Under the pieces are notes generated by a model. The model was not told the DNA's origin, ran no database searches, and saw only the letters and a program-made list of their open reading frames with translations. A stretch of DNA of 59,743 nt, counting the filler, from Sphacelaria rigidula (Eukaryota): assembly GCA_964200075.2 (NCBI GenBank). It is 10 parts of 10 records of this genome, joined end to end, with 100 filler letters (N's around TTAATTAATTAA, not from the genome) between each part and the next. Parts side by side here need not be neighbours in the genome. Positions count along the whole stretch, not along the records: positions 11,971 to 17,855 come from CAXNAA020023740.1; positions 17,956 to 23,840 come from CAXNAA020023741.1; 8 more parts are not named here. One strand, given 5' to 3'. Position 1 is the first letter of the stretch. Every line of letters begins with the position of its first letter. Below, in pieces: positions 11,971 to 21,667 of this stretch. Both the position numbers and the translations under genes were made by a program.

Positions 11971-14900
11971 GGTGAAGGCACTTCGCCCCCTCCACTACTG
12001 ACGGGGATCTGCGGTGCTGCTCCGTCCCTCCCACGAACGGAACTCGGCGGGGAGGACGGCGCGCTTGAGGAACTGCTGGGCGAAGTGTCCACTATCGAGC
12101 TTTCCGTCCTGTCTTTACCCACATCCTGGCCTTGATCGACGCTGGAACCCTTAAGCTCGCCCGGCGTCTGGATCGCTTGCTGTAGTGTGCGGGGAGGGGC
12201 AGCGGACGTACGTGCCCATGTTACATGTCTTGTCACGCAGATAGTTCCTCGTACAGTCAGAGCTCGCATCGCGTCACGTGGGTAGCTCTCGGCTGGGCTC
12301 AAGTACCAGCATTTTTCGATCTTCGGCTGTAATCTATTTGTCCGCTTCCTCCTACAAAAACCAGGCTTCAAGAACGGAATGAGATCACCTTCCGGTGGTG
12401 ATCCATTTCACATCTCATGCGGTGATTTGTGGTGCGGGTTAGCCGAGGTAGCGGTACAGTTCAGGGCGTGACACGCCCAGTTCGCCTGTTCAGCCCACAT
12501 GCTGTCACCGTTGGGGATGCGCTCGTCGGGGTACAGCTCAGATGCTTGGATTCTGGCGGCAAGGCCTGCTGTTTCGATGATACCTAACGCTCGCTCTGCA
12601 ACACCGTTGAACTGGGGTGAGTCGGCAGTTGTCTTCTACTGCTTGATCTTTTCCCTGTCGCACAGTTCACCAAATGCGCCCTCCGAAAATTCACCCCCGT
12701 CATCGCTACGGACTATCTCAATTTTTCTCGGGGAGACCCATGCAATGTATTTCGCGAAGTATCTCTCTGCCTCATCCTTCTGACGGAGGAAATACAGCTT
12801 TGTGTGCCGTGAGTGATCATCTCGGACAATCATCGTGTACGACTTTCCCCCGTCAGACTTGACTGGTTTCGGCCCGGAAAGATCTGCGAACACCCTAGAC
12901 GCTGACTTGGCTGCTCTCGTGTGCGTCGATCTTGGAATCGGTGCCCGCAGTCCCTTCGCCTCTGAGCAGCCGCGGCAGGGCTGCAGCTCCCCAGCCAGCT
13001 GCTTTCCCTGCTGCTTCGCTGTCTTCCTCAGTAAATCCTTGTGGACGTGGGCGTGGGAACAGTGGAACTCGTTGATGTCAGCGGTCTGGGGGCTAGGCGG
13101 AGCCCCCGGGGCAATAACAGCATATGCCGAAGCACATTTGTCACTACCACTTTGATTGAGGCGGTGGGCGTATATTATGAATTTGCGTGGTTGTCCTGGC
13201 ATTATCAGCGCATTTCCTGAATTGAGATCTACCCTGAACCCTGTACGAAACCCAGTGTTGGTGTGTCCTATGTGATGGACCCTCGTGAGTGACAAGAGGT
13301 GATGACGGATACCAGGTACATGGTCAATATCCATTAGTTTGAAGATTACATCCTGTCCGTCAGGTCTGAAGGCAAGACACAAATTTCCTCTGCCTACGAT
13401 CGGATAAGTACTACTTCTCACGCACCGTAGTACCCTACCCTTGCGCTCTTTGTACTCCGTCATCCCATGGGAATCGTGGAAGAAATGCTGGGTAGCCCCC
13501 GTGTCAAATATCCATGGTTCGCCCTCACCCGCTAACTATCACCTCGCCGCTCAACACTCAATGCATACTCGCCTGTGCCGCCGTTGATGGCGGTGTCAAG
13601 AGAGGTGAAACCCTCCCCATCCGCCACCGAACAGACGGAGAAGCTCTCGCTGTCGTCGGCCGCGCCCGTAGCCATCACCGCGTCGTCTTTCTCCACTGTC
13701 GATCTCGGGCAGTCCCAGAACGTGTGCCCCTGCTGACCGTACCTCCCGCAGTATCTCTTCGGGCAGTTCCTGGCTCGATGCGTCGTGTCCTCGTCGCAAA
13801 TGTTGCAGCGGAGCAGCTGCCCAGTCGCCGGTTTGCCGTCCGACGATGCCGACTCAGAGCTACTTGAACTCTGGCTCCCGCCGGTTTTCTGACCAGAGCC
13901 CTGGGGTTTTCCCGGTTTTCCCTTGCGGTGCGCACCGCTCGGTTTCCCGGTCCCACCCCTGGCAAGGAGAGCCTGGTCGCCCGGGGATGACCTCGTTCCC
14001 CGGGCAAGTTCCTGCTTCAAAGATGTTGATTCGAAGCGCTTTCGGATCGAAGTCAACACAACCTCCCATGTCAGCGGTCCCTCTCGACCCTCGAGCAATT
14101 GCTTCTGAATGTGATACTCGAAAGGCAACGCGTTGAGGGATTTCAAGAGAATATGCTTTTCGCTTAGTCGTTCAAGCTCTTCCTATCAATTCAGGTTACG
14201 TGCAAGTTCCTCCATCTCGAGAAGCTTCTGCTCTGGATCATCACGGACACCAATCGTGACTCCATGGAATTTTTCCAACAAAGCGGTTCTCGCCCCATTT
14301 GTTTTGGGGCGAAAGACATCCTCGAGGTATCTCCAGACCGCAGTAGTTGAGTGGATTCTAATCTAAATATCCTGCTCCCTCTTTTCTTCTAAACTAGCTA
14401 CAAGCATTCGTCTTGCCCTTACGTTGGCTGCCACTGTGTCCTTCCCATGTCTTCCCTCCAGATACCCCATTTCTATCACAGGATTACCGACATCTACATC
14501 GTAAGAACTATTGCCGGCCATGGTGAACACCCAGTTAATTCCTTCGCCCCTTGCGAAGTTGACCAGCTCATGCCTGTACCGAGCATAATCAGTGCTCTTC
14601 CCTGAAAATTTTGGGACGTTCTGTGGGAAAGCGGGAACCCATGACAGATTTCCACTTGTATCGTATGTTTGGATTGGCTCACGTGCGGGGGCAAAGCCCC
14701 TAGCTTCGTCACTGGTGGCCTCGTTGTCCATTGCGTCGCGCGCTCCGTGCTCTGGAACAGCTTGGCTCCTGATGTACCGTCGCTCCCTTCGAACTCCAGC
14801 CCCGCGTCGCGCTACTGTTCTATTTATGTTGAATTCCCCCTGTTAACTATGGGAACCGTCACTATCGAGGACGCAGTTGTTTTCTGCGCCCCCGGCTTCT

Positions 14901-15334
14901 CGTTTTCTGTCCTCATACGGTCCATGCTACTCTGTAGTGTAGCTTGGCTCAGCTGTATATCACGCATGAACTGAGCCAAGGAACTGACCTGACTACATAC
15001 TTCCTGCAACTGCTCTGTAACACCCTGCTCAACCATAACTGTAGCAGGCCTACCACCTTGTTCCGCCATTCTGCCCAACCGGTTGTAACACTAGTGTATT
15101 CCGTGGCCCGTGGCGAAGGATAGATAGTTTCGTCTTTTGTAGTATTGTAGAGTGCCTAGACTGAGTCGACCCTATGACTGAGGGATCAGATGTTGAGTGG
15201 GTTCCGCGGGCAGCGTCGCAGCTGCAGTGAGCAGGGTGCTGAAGTCACACACACTCGACGACCAGTACCCGCACGTCCGCATGAATCTATCCGCACGTGT
15301 GCATGTTCACTCAGGGTACCTGTTCACATGAACA
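11971..15334 (-). mobile_element. Ty1/Copia LTR retrotransposon, 5' part (LTR, gag, protease, integrase), degenerate and cut by the contig end before RT
   Basis: Gag zinc knuckles CNICDEDTTHRARNC and CGRYGQQGHTFWDC; protease WIFDTGATQH (~13485-13515); HHCC FHCSHAHVH...CRGC; integrase VFADLSGP...VRSDDGGEF...SPQFNGVAER; PR-IN order is Copia; stops and frameshifts present. Confidence 0.95.
15191..15334 (-). repeat. Probable short 5' LTR of the Copia element (~144 bp)
   Basis: TGTT...AACA ends just upstream of gag; abuts a host tandem repeat at 15335; no second LTR in the contig to confirm. Confidence 0.55.
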
Positions 15335-15650
15335 GGGTCCACCGTTGTACAGGATTAAGAAAATCTGACCCCTTGCACAATGTCTCATACTGTGCAGGGT
15401 CCACACATTTGGATACCCTAGTAGGTGGTAGCACCTGTCAGGGTCGTCTCAAGAATGAATCTTGACAGGCATCGCCCCCTACACCCTGTGCAGGGTCCAC
15501 CAATGTACAGGGTTAATAACAGCTGACTCCTTGCACAAGGTCTCATACTGTGCAGGGTCCGTACATTTGGATACCCTGGTAGGTGGTAGCACCTGTCAGG
15601 GTCGTCTCAAAAATGAACCTTGACAGGGTGTCGTCCCTTCGACCCTGCAG
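15335..15650. repeat. Two tandem ~158-bp units (tgtgcagggtcc motif)
   Basis: 15335-15492 is duplicated at 15493-15645; the motif also occurs at the ends of the 41954-43191 element. Confidence 0.85.
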
Positions 15651-15672
15651 TTGTAGCCGAATGTCCACCTGT

Positions 15673-15971
15673 GTATTGGTGATGGGAATGAAGCCAGCGT
15701 CCAATACAGGGGAAAACAAGTGATATGTACTCGTACTGAAAATGCTACTACTGTACGGGGGTAACAACACGCAAACAGATCGCATTCTACTTAAAACAAT
15801 ACTGTAGGAGGGGGCAATAACGCGCCAGGTCATGGGTTTTGTCGCGCGGCGAAACGCGAACCGCCTCCCGCACGAGAAGCTGCAGCAGCAGCAGCAGTGT
15901 CTTTATCGCCAGTGAAGGTGTACGGCTAGGGGTGGGTCTGAATCAGCCGGTGCCGATACTGCTGCTGCTAC

Positions 15972-16008
<37 letters not shown>

Positions 16009-16810
16009 GACTGCTGCTGCTGCCGACTGCTGCTGCTCCCGACTGCTGCTGCTGCCATTTTTCCTGATGCGATAGATGGTGCGCGTTTCAAACGTGCTAC
16101 AACGCCCACGCACCTTGCGCGTGATAGCCGCCATGCCGGAAAGTGCTGGTCCGTACTACCCGCTGATAAGTCAATGCTCTTTCACCGGGCTAAGTGCTAG
16201 AAGATTCGTCTGTGTGCATCTCTGTGTGCGAGCTGTTCATATCGGGTGTGTCTCGCACGCGTGGCTACTGCTGGTGATGGCGTTGAAAGAACATAGCCAG
16301 CGTCCAATACAGGGGGGAAAACAAGTGAAATGTACTTGTACTGAAATTTCACAATATACTGATACAATATGAGGGTAACAACACGCAAACAGATCATAAT
16401 CGGGTTCAAGTGGGGAAGAGGAAATAACCCGCCAGGTGGATGGGTATTGTCGCACATCGAAACGCGGGCCGCCTTCTGCGCGAGAAGCAGCAGCAGCAGC
16501 AGCATCAGGATCTCTATTGCCAGTAAATGTGTACGGTTGGGGGTGGTGCTCTTCATCGTAGACGGTCCGCTTTCCGACCGTGCGACAACACCCACGCACC
16601 TTGCGAGTGATGGCAACTGTGCTAGACAACCCTGGTACGTACTACCCGCCGATAGGTCCATGCTTGCTTAGTCGGCAAGGTTCTGCGAAAAATAGCTATG
16701 CAAATCTCTGTGGGGGAGCTCAGCACGTGGAGTGTATCTGTCTCCCACGCGTGGGTACTGCTGGTGATGGGGTAAACCCAGCGTGGCTTCTGCTGGTGAC
16801 GGGATCCCAA
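15673..16810. repeat. Degenerate tandem repeat of ~500-600-bp units with embedded CAG/CTG microsatellites
   Basis: Units start near 15673, 16266 and 16756 (ggtgatgg...ccagcgt); (CTG)n at 15958-16054. Confidence 0.8.
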
Positions 16811-17122
16811 CTGTGTATCCCATGAAGAGTTTGACAGCCCACTCCTTCCAACCATGTCATGTTCCACTTCGCATTCTGACGCGAATGTCCCTCTGCTCTC
16901 ACGAAAATTACTTCCCAAAAGAATGATTCTGGAGAGAGTGATTTTGGGGTAGATGAGAATGTTGCATCAACTCAGAACCAATCGGAATCATGGAAAAACA
17001 AATCCCCAACCGTCATAATCACTACCACTATCACTATCACGTTGCGTTCTCACATTTTTGGACTCGATAAAACGGGCTCTTATGCGGTGAACGGAACATG
17101 TGATTCCAGAAAAAGATCGTAC

Positions 17123-17491
17123 CAAGTACTCGAGGTAACTGTTTGCGATGTTGGTCCGCCTGGTCGACACCCTGTCTTGAAGTCATACTGCGCAAGTCGC
17201 AGTATGCAAGATCTTCTTTACTGTGCACAGTACATTATTTTGAATTGTATACCGACTGTAGAAAGCTTTTGTCCAGGGTGTGATGCTGTACATTTCGTGA
17301 TATATTAGGCGGTGAGATCGTGAAACGATCACCAGCACATGGCGAACGGAGAAGCGAGGCAATTATCCAAATGTTCACATGAAAGCGTGTGCGGAAAACG
17401 TCTGAGTTGACGAGGCTGGGAGAATACCAGTGCAACACTCACCCCGGCTGCCAGCCTGTTTGCACGGCCATCCCAGTAGTGGTCCAACTGT
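17123..17491 (-). CDS. Two candidate 49-bp exons (17491-17443 and 17171-17123) of an unidentified gene
   Basis: ttttttgcacttacag acceptor with GTGAGT donor, and acag acceptor with GTACGA donor; the joined sequence is open in two frames (SWTTTGMAVQTGWQPGVSTRRTNIANSYLEYL or QLDHYWDGRANRLAAGGVDQADQHRKQLPRVL). Confidence 0.3.
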
Positions 17492-17719
17492 CTGTAAGTG
17501 CAAAAAAGGGCACTTTCGTGCCTCGTAGCAGGGTGCTACAGGTGCAAACACTGCACACGCAGTGGTGTCGCGTAGCGTGATGCTGCGTGCAAGTGCTGCG
17601 TTGGCTGGTCACAGCCAAAATCAAATAGAAAATAGAAATTCTGTTGAGAAACTCACACACCCGTTTATTTTCATTATACTGCTCAACAATCGAGAACCTC
17701 GAAAGCAGACTGACAATAA

Positions 17720-17855
17720 CAGTGTTTTCTTGAGATTGAGAGTAGATAATACGATTGAGAGGGGCTTTGGTCATTCGCTATAAGTGAGTCATTTTGTTAT
17801 TCCACGTGTGCTTTTCTTCACCTCCATCACTTGTGTGTGCTTACAGCTACACGTC
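17720..17855 (+). mobile_element. MITE copy (family of 7961-8281) cut by the contig end
   Basis: cagtgttttcttgagattgagagtagataatacgattgagag terminus followed by ...cacttgtgtgtgcttacagctacacgtc. Confidence 0.8.
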
Positions 17856-17959
17856 NNNNNNNNNNNNNNNNNNNNNNNNNNNNNNNNNNNNNNNNNNNNT
17901 TAATTAATTAANNNNNNNNNNNNNNNNNNNNNNNNNNNNNNNNNNNNNNNNNNNNTTTT

Positions 17960-17992
<33 letters not shown>

Positions 17993-18044
17993 CCTTTCTT
18001 CTTTTTTTTCACGCCTTTTTATCCCCCCCCCCCCCCCCCCCGCC

Positions 18045-18870
18045 TTCTGAAGCTGCGGTTCCAGGAGGATGATCTAGACCTGTCAGAAAGAATAGGTATA
18101 CCAGTAGTTGAGGGGGAGAGGGAGGAGATGCGCAGAATTGCCCATGTGGTTGAACAATAGAGAGCAAAACTTACGAAGTGGCAAAATATGAACTATACCA
18201 GAAGGAATGGGACGTATCGGAGAGGGCAAATGTGGAAAGTAGACGAAGGTGGCCTGGAATTGTTTGATGCATTAGACAGTAGCGAGAAAACGAGCGCTGC
18301 ACGAGGAGGCAAGGGGCGGCACAGACCCACAGACGGCGAATCAGGAAGGAGATGAGATATGTGAAAGGTTCTCGTGTAGTACATGGAAGACGCGTGATGA
18401 GCGCCCAATTGTTGGAGGTGTCTTCATTAGGTGTAGGAGCGATGCTCTTTCGTCTTGAAAGGGATGCATGGTCAATTGTTAAACGACCACGGCAAGCACC
18501 GAATGAGTACACCCCCCCTCCCCACTCTAATACCCCCACTCTGAACTATGTAAGAAGGAACCGGGACGTGTTTGAGGGGAAAATGTGGGGAGTAAGCGGA
18601 GGGGGGATGGAATCGTTTGATACATGAGATCATTGGACAAAAGCGAAATAATAATCGCCATACTAGGAGATAGATGGTGGCCGTAGACGGCGAACCAAGA
18701 AAGGGATGGTATATGTAAACGGGGTCTGTATCGTGTATGGGAACAACGTAGTGAGCGCTCGAATGTTGTACGTGTCCCTATATTAGGAGCAGGAACGGTG
18801 CTCCGTGTCGAAAGGGATGCGTGGTCAATGGTCAAACGACTATGGCAAGCAACAAATGATTACGTCCCTC
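18045..18870 (+). mobile_element. Two head-to-tail LINE 3' fragments
   Basis: 18045-18523 and ~18535-18870 both match the LINE 3' region at 35990-36450 (minus); the first ends gagtacaccccccctcccc. Confidence 0.85.
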
Positions 18871-19057
18871 GAGGGTTAGCGTCGGCTGGCAACCACCCTG
18901 TGAAACACGCCACTCACTACGTGAGCAAGGCAACCAGGTTACCGTTTTCTACTTTTTTTGTGTTAACCGCGATGGTGATGGAGCTGGATCATATTCCGCG
19001 TGTTGGAAAGCCGCAACTCTGCGTTAAAGGGGATGATTGTACTACGTAGTGTTGAGA

Positions 19058-19738
19058 TGGTGAGACATTCATCCGGCAGTGTGTAACCCCTGGCTGTCTC
19101 TGCAAGTGGCGATACTAGAAAATGAAGCAACTCATTGGGGGCTGTCATCCATGCAAGATAATCAGTAGGCTTCGGGCCGAACAATCTTGGCGAGATGCAG
19201 CTTAACCTTCGTGCGACTCGCCGAACGCATTACGGCGCTTCGCGCTTGGTGATTGAGTGCGAGCCTGGTCCGGTGAAACCCGGCGTGCTCCGCCCTAGCT
19301 TTGTAAGGATTTGAGATCAACGGTCATATGACTACGGCATGCAAGATCATGAGTACGCCCCTCCCCTCCCCCATGGTGAGATACCCATGAGGCAGTGTAA
19401 AACCCCCGGCTGTCTCTGGAAGTGGCGATACCAGACAATGAAGGAACTCATTGGAGGCTGTCATCCATGCAAGATAATCAGTAGGCTTCGAGCCGAATAA
19501 TCTTCGCAGGATGCAGGTCACCCTTCATGCCACTCGCCGAACACACCACGGCGCTTCGCACTTGGTGATTGAGTGCGAGCCTGGTCCGGCGAAAACTGGG
19601 CGTGCTCCGTCCCGGCTTTGTAGGGATGCGAGGCCAACGGTGTTATGGCTATGGTATGCATGATCATGAGTACACCCCCCCCACACCCCCACACACCCAC
19701 ACACACCCCCACACAAACTCACACCCCCCACACCCCCG
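19058..19738 (+). mobile_element. Two tandem ~315-bp LINE-tail/SINE-like units ending in C-tracts
   Basis: Both units start atggtgaga (19058, 19373) and end catgagtac(g/a)cccc; further copies at 23787-23825 (-) and 41893-41959 (+). Confidence 0.85.
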
Positions 19739-20137
19739 TTCAAGTAGAATCTGTTCATTTGTCGAGTCACCCCAAAGTTCCAGATTTTTATTTCGTGTGA
19801 CGGTAACTCTCGGAAGTGCTGGTATTCCGCTTATTCTGTGGCTGAAACTTGCAAACCGTGGCCAACCAGATTGGGAATTCCAGGTTCCCCTTGCGCATTG
19901 AGAAGACCGAACGTCGCCCGAGGGCGGCGAAGTCACGGTCAATAACTCAACCTATCGCAAGAGGGGGGCACGAGATGGGTCTGAGGGCAAATCAGCGGCC
20001 TGAAGATGCCTCAACTCATAGTAGTTATTGGCACATTACCAACAGTAGCGACTAAGTGGCGGAGCAATTAGATACTTGTCCAGGGCGTGGTGACTTGCTC
20101 CATTTCTCGTGTTTTATTCTCCCCGACCCCACAGGCT

Positions 20138-20490
20138 GGTCGCCCCGGTTACTCAGTTGGTGACGTCGAAACCTTCTGACGGTTGGGTTGTGGGTTCGAA
20201 TCTTGCAGCGATCTGGGATTTTTTCTCACACAATGCCCATCAGTGGAGAGCGACTATGTCGTGGGTACACAAAATTCGACTTGATGATCGACGAAGGAAA
20301 GGGACTGCTAAACTCCCTCTCGCTGTGAAAAATAAAGGCAAGCCCCCCAGAAGAAAGGTTGAGAACTACAAACAAGAAGAAAAAGAAAAGGAGATTGTTG
20401 GCTTTCCTCTTGTGTGACTCCGGCAGGTGCGCCCATATATACCGATAGTTGTAGACCGGCGTCCAGAATAGAGGGGGCGAAAACACACAG
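20138..20490 (+). mobile_element. tRNA-derived SINE, near full length
   Basis: Pol III A-box-like ggttactcagttgg (20147-20160) and B-box ggttcgaatc (20193-20202), then a body and CA-rich tail shared with four other copies. Confidence 0.85.
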
Positions 20491-20790
20491 AACCCCTCGA
20501 CCTCCGGACCCCTCCGTCCCCTCTTCGTTTTCCGTGTTTTGTTTAAATCTTTATTTCCTTGTCTGATCCGTACCTGCAAAACGGACGTAAAAATGTTTCT
20601 GTACAATACTGATGAGGTATCTGGTGTAATTGTTCGAGCTATTTTTGAGCTTTTTTTTCAACCAACGTCAGCAAAGCCAACGTTACTGCTCTATACTAGC
20701 CCCCCTCCCCTCCCCACCCACCTAGCCCTTTGCCCTGCCCGTGTTCTTCTGTTTTTTTTTATTATAAGTTTTTGTGAATAATGTCTAATG

Positions 20791-21052
20791 CACACGTTGG
20801 ATAGCTCATGAGCTACCTAAACGAACTAGTCGAAGAAGACGCTTGGAACCGTTTATCAACAACATTGAATGAAATGCATGACAGCGGGATCCAAGAAGCT
20901 GAAGCCTTACTTTTGCGCTACTCCGCATGCTTGGCGTCCAGCGCTGAAGCGAGCAAATACGGAAAAGGGGGCCGAGTGAGCTAGCTCATGAGACGGATCA
21001 GTATACTAATATGAAGTAATGTTCAGGTAGCTCAAGAGCTGTCCGACGTGTG
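20791..21052. mobile_element. ~260-bp MITE
   Basis: ~32-bp TIRs cacacgttggatagctcatgagctacctaaac / gttcaggtagctcaagagctgtccgacgtgtg; no TSD recognised. Confidence 0.8.
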
Positions 21053-21091
21053 GACTATCGTTGGTCATATCTAGTTGTTCCCTATTGTCTC

Positions 21092-21114
21092 TGTTGTTGT
21101 TGTTGTTGTTGTTA

Positions 21115-21172
<58 letters not shown>

Positions 21173-21192
21173 CATTATTATTATTATTATTA
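21092..21192. repeat. (TTG)n-(TTA)n microsatellite; others at 23363-23441 (CTG/TTG), 39332-39391 (TAT) and 51083-51110 (AGAGAC)
   Basis: Visible trinucleotide and hexanucleotide runs. Confidence 0.95.
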
Positions 21193-21400
21193 TATATTTT
21201 TTTCATTATTTTTCATTATTTTTCATTATTTTTCATCATTGTATTATTATTGTATTATTATTGTATTATTATTTCTCTCTGTATGTTCTCGTTTTTTGCT
21301 TTTGAAAAGCAAAAACAAATGTGCCGGATAATGATCAGATCAAGTTCTCCGCCAACCCTCGACCCCCCCCAACCCCGTCCCCCCTTGAACTAACACTCAG

Positions 21401-21667
21401 GATTCTGGCGTGAAGGCGATCGTGAGTGGTCTCGTCGTCGCCTCCTCTCGCGCAGTAATCGCGTCTTCCTTGAACCATCCGAGAACCAAGGCTTTACCGG
21501 AGGCCTGCGAGTGTCAGAAGCCCTACTCCGGCTACATCAAGCTCATCACCGAATGGCGTCAGCATCTCTACAAAAAAGATGCGAACACTATAATCCGGTT
21601 GTACCCGTTCGGGGATGATGTTCCACAGCCCACTTCGAAGGAGCCACCAGGCCGCAATCCTATCTCG
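21401..21667 (+). CDS. Candidate internal exon (89 aa, phase 0-0) of an unidentified gene, weakly fucosyltransferase-like
   Basis: Branch point CTAAC and CAG acceptor at 21398-21400, GTGCGC donor at 21668, open frame DSGVKAIVSGLVVASSRAVIASSLNHP...YSGYIKLITEWRQHL. Confidence 0.5.

Noticed and set aside
20138..20215. tRNA gene (also 46157-46235)
   Set aside because: No convincing acceptor stem or cloverleaf, and it continues into a multi-copy SINE body
21006..21393. Poly-N/Y/L/I ORFs (also 15839-16134, 23163-23538, 38723-39478, 12-260, 35921-36103)
   Set aside because: Products of microsatellites or G-runs, not genes
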